Origin: Planctomycetota bacterium
GTDB lineage: Bacteria; Planctomycetota; SZUA-567; H5-PLA8
DNA length: 14,914 nt
Direction of reading: 5' to 3'
Assembly: GCA_045863855.1 (NCBI GenBank)
Contig: BTVV01000142.1
Span: 1 to 14,914 of the forward strand
This document shows, one piece after another, positions 7,624 through 14,653 of this stretch. The position numbers and the translations under genes are program-made. Under the pieces are notes generated by a model, which was not told where the DNA came from, searched no databases, and was given only the letters and a program-made list of their open reading frames with translations. The first letter of the stretch is position 1. Every line of letters starts with the position of its first letter.

Positions 7624-8462
7624 TCGAAGACGATGGTACGGTTGCCGTGCACGAATAGGCGTTCCTCGAAGACCAGCCGCAGCGCTTTGGCGAGCACCAG
7701 CTTCTCGACGTCGCGCCCGGCTTGAGCCATGGCGGCGGCGCTGAAGGTGTGGTCCACGTGGGTCACGTCCTGCGCGATGATGGGCCCTTCGTCGAGCGCG
7801 TCGGTGACGAAGTGCGCGGTGGCGCCGATGATCTTCACGCCGCGGCGGAATGCCTGCCCGTAGGGATTGGCGCCGGCGAAGGCAGGCAGGAACGAGTGGT
7901 GGATGTTCACGATTTTGCGCGGCCAGCGTGCGACGAATTCCGGCGTCAGGATGCGCATGTATTTGGCCAGCACGAGGTATTCCGGCGCGTAGCGCTTTAG
8001 CAGCGGCTGTAATTGAGCTTCGTGCGCCGCGTGTTCGAGTCCTGTATGAGGCACGCATTCGAACGGCAGCCCGAAGCGCCGGACCAGGATTTCGAGATCG
8101 GTATGGTTGCTGATGACAGCGGCAATGCTGGCATGCAGGTCGCCGTAGGAGTGGCGGAGAAGCAATTCGCCCAGACAGTAGGGTTCCTTGCCGGCGAAGA
8201 CGACGATGCGCTTAGGCTCGAGGGCGGCGATGCGTACGCATGCCTCGGTCGGCAGGACGCGGATCAATTCCGCATTGACCTGCGCCTGATCGAGGGATCC
8301 GGCGCATTCGGTGCGCATGAAAAAATGCCGCGCGTCGCGGTCGACGAATTCCTGGTTGCGGACGATATTGAGTCCTTGGCGAAAAAGCACGCCGGATACC
8401 GCGTGTACGAGGCCGGTGCGGTCGGGGCAGTCGATCAGAACAAGCTGGTTGGGGCTGGTCAT
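7620..8462 (-). CDS. purU: Formyltetrahydrofolate deformylase
   Basis: Start reassigned to ATG 8462, giving the typical 280 aa. N-terminal ACT domain (IDCPDRTGLV, FFMR), VISNH, LVLAKYMRILT, NIHHSFLPAFAGANPY.QAF.RGVKIIGATAHFVT..LDEGPII.QDV and terminal NRTIVF. Confidence 0.97.
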   Translation of the reverse strand: MTSPNQLVLIDCPDRTGLVHAVSGVLFRQGLNIVRNQEFVDRDARHFFMRTECAGSLDQAQVNAELIRVLPTEACVRIAALEPKRIVVFAGKEPYCLGELLLRHSYGDLHASIAAVISNHTDLEILVRRFGLPFECVPHTGLEHAAHEAQLQPLLKRYAPEYLVLAKYMRILTPEFVARWPRKIVNIHHSFLPAFAGANPYGQAFRRGVKIIGATAHFVTDALDEGPIIAQDVTHVDHTFSAAAMAQAGRDVEKLVLAKALRLVFEERLFVHGNRTIVFD

Positions 8463-8587
8463 GACGGCGATTCTCGCCGCAAAGCCCGGATCTGAAAAGC
8501 GCAGCACAGGTTTCCCGGGTGCGGGAAGCGCGCTAATCGGATAAGTAATACCCCGTTCCTCAACGGTACGGGAGGCCGGGCGAAGAG

Positions 8588-9967
8588 ATGCCGCCGTCGG
8601 TGCGACGCGAACTTTCCGGGTGGGCGCGTTACCCGGTGGAAACTTGCCACGAATTCCGGCCCGAGCGGCGCGGGGCGGTGGCCGAAATTCTGGCATCCGG
8701 CGGGCAGAGCAGCTACATTGCGCGTGGATTGGGCCGCAGTTACGGCGACTGCGCGCTGAATCGTGGCGCCGGTGTGGTGAACCTGACGCGGCTCGACCGA
8801 TTCCTGAATTTCGACGAAGACACGGGGGAAGTGCGCTGCGAAGCGGGCGTGAGCTTCGAGGCGTTGCTGCAGACGTTCCTGCCGCGAGGCTGGTTCCCGC
8901 CGGTGACGCCCGGTACGAAGTTCGTCACGGTGGGCGGCGCGATCGCGAACGATATCCACGGCAAGAATCACCACGCAGACGGCACCTTCGGCGCGGCGGT
9001 GAACGAGGTGACGCTCCTGACGCCGAACGGCGAGCGGGTCGTCTGCGGTCCGCAGCGCAACTCGAACCTGTTCTGGGCGACGGTGGGCGGCGCGGGGTTG
9101 ACGGGGTTCGTCCTGGACGCTCGCTTTCGGATGCTGAAGGTCGAGACGGCTTACCTGAAGGCGGATCACCTGCGCGTGAAGGGGCTTGCCGAGGCGATGC
9201 GCGCGATGCTGGAGTCGGACGCGGGGTATCGCTATTCGGTGGCATGGATCGACGGATTGGCGCGCGGGAAAAGCTTGGGTCGCAGCGTACTGATGCGCGC
9301 GAACCATGCGCGGTTGTCGGACCTGCCGGCGGGGACGCCCAATCCGCTGTGGCCGCCGCCGCGGGGGCGCTGCGGCGTACCGTTTAATCTTCCCTCCCTG
9401 ACGCTGAACCGCTGGAGCGTGCGCGCGTTCAATACGCTGTACTACGCCACGCACGGCGATGCGGCCGGGAAGCTGGTGGACTTCGACGCGTATTTTTATC
9501 CGCTGGATTCGATCGCGCACTGGTACCGGCTCTACGGCCGGCGCGGCTTCGTGCAGTTCCAAGTGAGTTTTCCGGCAGCGACCGCGGAAGCGGGGCTGGC
9601 GGAAGTGTTGGAGAAGCTTGCGGCTTCGGGGCGTGCTTCGTTTCTCGCGGTGTTGAAACGGTTCGGCGCGGCGAACGCGGGATGGCTCTCGTTTCCTTCG
9701 CCCGGATTCACGCTGGCTCTCGATTTACCGATGCGCGACGGATTGCCGCGCATGCTGGGCGAATTGGAAGGCCGGGTGCTGGCGCACGGCGGGCGGATCT
9801 ACGCAGCGAAGGATGCGTTGACGACCGCCGACGCGTTTCGTGCGATGTATCCGGAGCTGGGACGCTTTCGCGCGTTGCGCGCGGAACTGGATCCGCGGGT
9901 ATTGCTTTCGAGCAGCCTGGCGCGGCGGCTGGGATTGGCGCGGGCGGGCGCGGAGGCGTTCGCATGA
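8588..9967 (+). CDS. dprE1: FAD-dependent decaprenylphosphoryl-beta-D-ribose 2'-oxidase-like protein (DprE1/NoeH-like)
   Basis: 459 aa. Motifs LSGWAR, IARGLGRSYGD.A, PVTPGTKFVTVGGAIANDIHGKNHH, LFWATVGG.GLTG, YSVAWID, FYPLD, YGRRGFVQFQ, SFLAVLKRFG, LSFP..G.TLALD and GGRIYAAKD, together with adjacency to dprE2- and ubiA-like genes. Confidence 0.88.
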   Translation: MPPSVRRELSGWARYPVETCHEFRPERRGAVAEILASGGQSSYIARGLGRSYGDCALNRGAGVVNLTRLDRFLNFDEDTGEVRCEAGVSFEALLQTFLPRGWFPPVTPGTKFVTVGGAIANDIHGKNHHADGTFGAAVNEVTLLTPNGERVVCGPQRNSNLFWATVGGAGLTGFVLDARFRMLKVETAYLKADHLRVKGLAEAMRAMLESDAGYRYSVAWIDGLARGKSLGRSVLMRANHARLSDLPAGTPNPLWPPPRGRCGVPFNLPSLTLNRWSVRAFNTLYYATHGDAAGKLVDFDAYFYPLDSIAHWYRLYGRRGFVQFQVSFPAATAEAGLAEVLEKLAASGRASFLAVLKRFGAANAGWLSFPSPGFTLALDLPMRDGLPRMLGELEGRVLAHGGRIYAAKDALTTADAFRAMYPELGRFRALRAELDPRVLLSSSLARRLGLARAGAEAFA

Positions 9968-10728
9968 GCGGCCTGCGCCAGGGCGCCGGACGGAGCGTGT
10001 TGATCTTCGGCGCGACGAGCCCGGTGGCGCGCGCACTGGCGCGGGAGTTCGCGCGCTGCGGCTACGAACTCTTTCTTGCCGGCCGGGCGGGGGAGGATCT
10101 GGAAGCCGTGGCGGCCGACCTGCGCATCCGGCACCGTGTTCCCGCGCACGCCTGCCCGTTGGATGCGCTGGCGTTCGAGACGCACGGCGCGTTTTTCGAA
10201 GCGCTGGCGGCGCGGACGGGGGAGTCGCTGTACGTGGCGGTATTCTGCATCGGTTCGATGAGCGACCAGAAAGCCGCGGAACGCGATTGGGAAGCGTCGC
10301 GGGCGATGCTGGACACGAACTATACGGCCGCGGTCTCGTTGCTGGAGCGCACGGCAGCATACTTCGAGCCGCGCAAGCGCGGCGTGATCGGCGTGATGGG
10401 GTCGGTTGCCGGGGACCGGGGCCGGCAGAGCAACTACTTGTACGGTTCGGCCAAAGCGGGTCTTGCGGCATACGCGCAAGGGTTGCGAAACCGGCTTTGG
10501 CGCTCGGGCGTGCAGGTGACTACGATCAAACCCGGATTCATGGACACTCGGATGACGTGGGGCAAGGCGGGTTTGTTCGGCGTGGCCACGCCAGAGGGAG
10601 CGGCGGAAGGGATCTTCGCCGCGCTGGCCGCGGGGCGCGACGTGGCGTACGTCCCGGGCTTCTGGCGCGGGATCATGTTGCTGATTGGCGCGGTGCCCGA
10701 GCGTGTGTTCAAACGGCTTAAACTTTGA
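9964..10728 (+). CDS. dprE2: Short-chain dehydrogenase/reductase, DprE2-like decaprenylphosphoryl-2-keto-pentose reductase
   Basis: ATG 9964 overlaps the dprE1 stop (ATGA). Has Rossmann motif LIFGATSPVA, SVAGDRGRQSNYLYGSAKAG (YxxxK), GLRNRL, IKPGFMDTRMT and C-terminal PERVFKRLKL, all typical of the DprE2-like clade. Confidence 0.85.
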   Translation: MSGLRQGAGRSVLIFGATSPVARALAREFARCGYELFLAGRAGEDLEAVAADLRIRHRVPAHACPLDALAFETHGAFFEALAARTGESLYVAVFCIGSMSDQKAAERDWEASRAMLDTNYTAAVSLLERTAAYFEPRKRGVIGVMGSVAGDRGRQSNYLYGSAKAGLAAYAQGLRNRLWRSGVQVTTIKPGFMDTRMTWGKAGLFGVATPEGAAEGIFAALAAGRDVAYVPGFWRGIMLLIGAVPERVFKRLKL

Positions 10729-10738
10729 AAGCGTAAGC

Positions 10739-11638
10739 ATGCCAGAATCGTCCGAAGCCGAAGTTCCCGCCGCCGAAACGCCGATGCGCGCGCCTTGGGT
10801 GCGCCTGCTGCGCCCGCGCCAATGGGTCAAGAACGGCTTTGTTTTCGCACCCCTGGTCTTCACGGGGTTGTACCATCAGGAGCCGTCGCTGCTTCGCGTC
10901 GCGGCGTTGTTCGGGCTGTTCTGCGTAGCCAGTTCGGCGGTGTACGTTTTTAACGACCTATTCGATCTGGAAGATGACCGGAAACACCCGGAAAAGCGCT
11001 GCCGCCGGCCGCTGGCGGCGGGCGCGATTTCTCCCACGGCGGCCTGGGTGCTGCTGGCCTGCCTGGAAGCGATAACGGCGGGAGCCGCAGTGCTGCTGGG
11101 ACGAGTGGGGTTGGTGCTTGCGGCTTACCAGGCGTTGAACGTCCTGTACACGGTGCGGCTAAAGGATGTGCCGATCGTGGATCTGTTCTGTATCGCGGCG
11201 GGATTCGTATTGCGGGTCTATGCGGGGGCGGTGATTCTGGACGTTCCGCTCTCGCCCTGGATGCTGAATACGACCTTATGCTTGGCGCTGTATCTTGTGG
11301 CGACGAAGCGGTTACAGGAGAAAAAGGCGCACGAGGATTCGGCGCGGCCGGTGTTGAAGCAGTACTCGCAGAGCTTGCTGGAGTACTTCGCGTTTCTCTC
11401 GGCGGTGGGAGCGCTTTTATTTTACGGCATTTTCGCACTGACGGTGCGCAAGGAGCTGGCGCTCTCGATTCCGCTGGTGCTGTTTGGATTCTTTCGCTAT
11501 CGCTACATCGTGGATTGCCTGGATGGGGGTGAATCGCCCACAGATGCGCTGTGGCAGGATTTCCCTCTGGCGCTGACGGTTCTGGCGTGGGTGGGCGTCT
11601 GTTTTTACGCCATGCGCATGGAGGGGCTGGGATCGTGA
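10739..11638 (+). CDS. UbiA-family polyprenyl-phosphate 5-phosphoribosyltransferase (DPPR synthase, Rv3806c/NoeC-like)
   Basis: Start probably ATG 10739 (alternative ATG 10784). Motifs RPRQWVKN, SSAVYVFNDLFD...DRKHPEK..RPLAAG, Y...LK.VPIVD..CIAAGFVLR, KR..E and C-terminal ESPT, with multiple TM helices. Confidence 0.88.
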   Translation: MPESSEAEVPAAETPMRAPWVRLLRPRQWVKNGFVFAPLVFTGLYHQEPSLLRVAALFGLFCVASSAVYVFNDLFDLEDDRKHPEKRCRRPLAAGAISPTAAWVLLACLEAITAGAAVLLGRVGLVLAAYQALNVLYTVRLKDVPIVDLFCIAAGFVLRVYAGAVILDVPLSPWMLNTTLCLALYLVATKRLQEKKAHEDSARPVLKQYSQSLLEYFAFLSAVGALLFYGIFALTVRKELALSIPLVLFGFFRYRYIVDCLDGGESPTDALWQDFPLALTVLAWVGVCFYAMRMEGLGS

Positions 11639-11745
11639 TGGGTTCTGGGGCAGTTGCGTTTGCGCGGAGGACGCTATAGGACTATGAGCCTCATGCGGAT
11701 CGAATGCTTGTCAAACCTTCAGCTTGCATCGCGGGCCTTGAGTAA

Positions 11746-13614
11746 ATGAGCGATCCAGGCACTCACGGTCCAACCATCGCCGATGCGCTGATGAACGCAC
11801 CCATTCTCGGGAAATGCGACCGCTTGGCGCTGGCGCGCTTGGTTCCGCACGCAGTGGAATTGCGATTCCAGCCGGGCGAGAAGCTATACGAGAGCAACGG
11901 CCCGGCGGCACAGGCGTATTTGCTGCGGCGTGGTTCGGTCCGGCTGATGGACGGCGGCCGGGTGATCGAGGCGGTGCACGAAGGATTCGTGGGTGAAGAA
12001 GCCGCGGTGGAAGGCAAACACTATCTGACCGATGCGGTGGCCTCTGAGGAAGTCGTGGCGCTGGGAATTTCGCGGGAGTCGCTTCAGGCCCTTTCCAAGA
12101 TGGATCCGACGGCCAAGGCGGGCTTCTACCACAGCCTGATCAACCATTTCGCCGGCGAACGCGAGTTCCCGGTGGAGATCGGCAAGAAGAAGAAGTCTGG
12201 CGAAGCGGCCTCCTGGTTGCAGGCCGTGGGATGGTTGGCGGCGATTGTGGGTCCGGCCTTCGTATATTACCTCGCTTCAGCGAATGGCATGCAGTCGCGC
12301 GAAACGAACTACTTGGCGGTTTTCACGGCCACGACGCTGATGTGGGTCTTTCGCCTGCTGCCCGAATACATTCCGGCGATCTTCGTGGTGCTGGCTTCGA
12401 TCATTCTGGGCGTAGTTCCTGCTTCGGACGTGCTATCGGGGTTCGCCTCGGGCAGCTTTTTCATGGCGATGAGCGTGTTTGGGATCGGCGCGGTGCTGGT
12501 GCGTTCGGGCCTGATTTACCGGTTATCGCTGTGGCTGTTGAAGCACGCGCCGGCCACGCAGTTGGGCTACGAGTGCGCGATGATGCTCGTGGGGTTGCTG
12601 CTGACGCCGGTGCTGCCATCGGCGAACGGCCGCGTCTCGCTGATGGCTCCGCTGCTGGAAGACATCACGGATGCGGTGCGCTACAAACGCGGGCAGATGG
12701 CCGCGACGCGACTGGCCGCGGCTACCTTCACGGGGGCCACGGCGCTTTCGGCGATCTTTCTGACGAGCAAGTCGATCAACTTCGCGGTGTACGATCTCTT
12801 TCCGGCGCAGGTGAAGTTTCAGTTCACCTGGGGCTATTGGATCGTCGCGGCAGCGGTGGTGGGCGGCATCATCGTGCTGGGGCACTTCGCGCTCTCGTTC
12901 GTCTTCTTTCGAAACGAGGAAAAGCCCTACCTGAACCGGAGTCGCGTCACCTCGCAGTTAAAGGTGATGGGTCCGATGAGTAAGGAAGAGTGGATCGCGC
13001 TTTCGGGGATCGTCTTTTTCGTTTTTGGGGCGCTGACGAGCAGTCTGCACAAAGTCCAGCCGCCCTGGATCGGGCTGGCCGTGCTGTACATGCTGATCAA
13101 CCTAGGCGTCTTTTCCAAGAACGACCTGCGCAAAGAGATCGACTGGCCGTTCCTGCTGATGCTGGCGGGGATGGTTAGCATCGTGAATACCATGGAGAAG
13201 CTGAAGCTCGACGACTTGCTGAAGAAGCACATCGAGTGGATGGGCGAGTACCTGCGGGACGACTTATTTATTTTCTTGCTGCTGCTCTCGGCGTTCATCT
13301 TCCTGATTCGCCTGGTGATGCCCAATAACGCGGCCATCGTTTTGTTGTGCACGGTATTCCTGCCGATTGCCGATGAACAAGGCGTATCGGCGTGGATCCT
13401 GGCCTTTGTGATTTTGCTGGTCAGCGACGGATTCGTGATGGCCTACCAGTGCACCTATTACCTGCAGTTTCAGGAAGAGCTGGAGGGCAAAGGCGACGAC
13501 GTCCCGCTTTACAACGAGAGGCGCATGCTCTGGTATAACCTCTTCTCCAACGCCATACGCATAGGAGCCGTGTTCGCATCGGTACCCTATTGGAAAATGT
13601 TGGGGCTGCTATGA
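11746..13614 (+). CDS. Cyclic-nucleotide-binding (cNMP/Crp-type) domain fused to a DASS/SLC13-family permease
   Basis: 622 aa. The first ~135 aa fit a cNMP fold (FQPGEKLYESNGPAAQAYLLRRGSVRL...GFVGEEA...AVASEEVVALGISRESL). The rest is hydrophobic with DASS features: LSGFAS, RSGLIYRL, TPVLPSANGR, MGPMSKEE, IDWPFLL and a second hairpin LVMPNNAA. Confidence 0.85.
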   Translation: MSDPGTHGPTIADALMNAPILGKCDRLALARLVPHAVELRFQPGEKLYESNGPAAQAYLLRRGSVRLMDGGRVIEAVHEGFVGEEAAVEGKHYLTDAVASEEVVALGISRESLQALSKMDPTAKAGFYHSLINHFAGEREFPVEIGKKKKSGEAASWLQAVGWLAAIVGPAFVYYLASANGMQSRETNYLAVFTATTLMWVFRLLPEYIPAIFVVLASIILGVVPASDVLSGFASGSFFMAMSVFGIGAVLVRSGLIYRLSLWLLKHAPATQLGYECAMMLVGLLLTPVLPSANGRVSLMAPLLEDITDAVRYKRGQMAATRLAAATFTGATALSAIFLTSKSINFAVYDLFPAQVKFQFTWGYWIVAAAVVGGIIVLGHFALSFVFFRNEEKPYLNRSRVTSQLKVMGPMSKEEWIALSGIVFFVFGALTSSLHKVQPPWIGLAVLYMLINLGVFSKNDLRKEIDWPFLLMLAGMVSIVNTMEKLKLDDLLKKHIEWMGEYLRDDLFIFLLLLSAFIFLIRLVMPNNAAIVLLCTVFLPIADEQGVSAWILAFVILLVSDGFVMAYQCTYYLQFQEELEGKGDDVPLYNERRMLWYNLFSNAIRIGAVFASVPYWKMLGLL

Positions 13615-14651
13615 ATCTCCAGAAGATCACCAGCGCGTTTATGGTGCTGTTCCTGGCGATCGTAGGATCGTTCCTGATCCACGAAAGCTTGAAGCGGCCG
13701 CGCATTCTGGTTCTGCACAGCTACTACACGGATTACGCGTGGGTAAAGGACATCGATATCGGGATCAGGCGCGAGCTGGGTTCGCGGCCGTACAACTTGC
13801 GCTTCCATTATATGGACACGAAAAGGCATCCGTTTCCCGAGTTCATGGAGAAGGCGGGCTTGACGGCGCGCCGGATGATCGACGAGTGGCAGCCGGATAT
13901 CATTATCGCGGTGGACGACAACGCGCAGAAGTACGTGACGCGTTACTACATCGACGATCCGAACAAGGTGATTTTGTTCAGCGGATTGAACGCCGAGCTT
14001 CAGGACTATAACTTCCATACGGCCAAAAACGTGACGGGCATCATCGAGCGCATTCCGTACGAGGCGGCGCGGGACATTTTTCTGCAGCTCCTGCCTTCCG
14101 ATAAGCGCCGCGTGTACCACATTTCGGACGACTCGGAAACTTCCGTGGCGATTCACAAGGAAATCGAGAACTTCGACTGGAGCCCCTTGAAGTTCGTCGA
14201 GTCCAAGCAGATCACCACCTTCGGGCAGTGGAAGGAAGCGGTGAAGGACGCCGAGGACGAATGCGACTGCCTGCTGATTACGCACTACCACACGCTCAAA
14301 GACGACAACGATCCCACTAAGATCATCAAGCCCATCGACGTGGTGACGTGGACCGAACAGAACACCAAGCTGCCGACCTTGGGTTTCTGGGGCTTCTTCG
14401 TCGAAGAAGGCGGCATGATGGCGGTAGCCGTTTCGCCGTACGAGCAGGGGGAGATCCCGGCGCGCATGGCTTGGCAGATCATCGAAGGCGGTATCAAGCC
14501 TCACGAAGTGGCCGAGAAATTTCCGTGGCAGAAGAACCGGCTTTTCGTGATGTTCATGCGCGGATCGACCTTCCGCGAACGCCTGAAAGGCCAGGAAATG
14601 CCGCTGATTCTGGAAGCCTTCGCCCGGGCCATGAATCACTATTACGAATAG
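13611..14651 (+). CDS. Membrane-anchored ABC-type solute-binding-like protein (type 1 periplasmic binding fold, ABC_sub_bind-like)
   Basis: ATG 13611 overlaps the permease stop (ATGA), giving 346 aa. Single N-terminal hydrophobic segment with no lipobox Cys. Motifs ILVLHSY..DY.W...I..GI, YMDTKR, PDIIIAVDDNA, FSGLN, NVTGIIE, ISDDSETS, GGMMAVAVSPYEQG. Confidence 0.8.
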   Translation: MNLQKITSAFMVLFLAIVGSFLIHESLKRPRILVLHSYYTDYAWVKDIDIGIRRELGSRPYNLRFHYMDTKRHPFPEFMEKAGLTARRMIDEWQPDIIIAVDDNAQKYVTRYYIDDPNKVILFSGLNAELQDYNFHTAKNVTGIIERIPYEAARDIFLQLLPSDKRRVYHISDDSETSVAIHKEIENFDWSPLKFVESKQITTFGQWKEAVKDAEDECDCLLITHYHTLKDDNDPTKIIKPIDVVTWTEQNTKLPTLGFWGFFVEEGGMMAVAVSPYEQGEIPARMAWQIIEGGIKPHEVAEKFPWQKNRLFVMFMRGSTFRERLKGQEMPLILEAFARAMNHYYE

Positions 14652-14653
14652 TG

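Noticed and set aside
8463..8696. 78-aa N-terminal extension of purU in the ORF track
   Set aside because: It would overlap dprE1. ATG 8462 gives the canonical 280-aa PurU starting at the ACT domain.
9682..9963. N-terminal extension of the SDR in the ORF track
   Set aside because: It lies inside dprE1. ATG 9964 forms an ATGA overlap just before the Rossmann motif.
7620..11638. Functional link between purU and the divergent PRPP-consuming arabinose cassette
   Set aside because: The only connection is an indirect metabolic one through purine and PRPP pools. I found no shared regulatory motif, so the adjacency may be incidental.
13587..14639. 350-aa ORF exactly antisense to the binding-protein gene
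   Set aside because: It is a codon-register mirror of the real gene, rich in Val/His/Leu/Arg, with no family motif. The plus-strand protein has clear motifs and an ATGA coupling.
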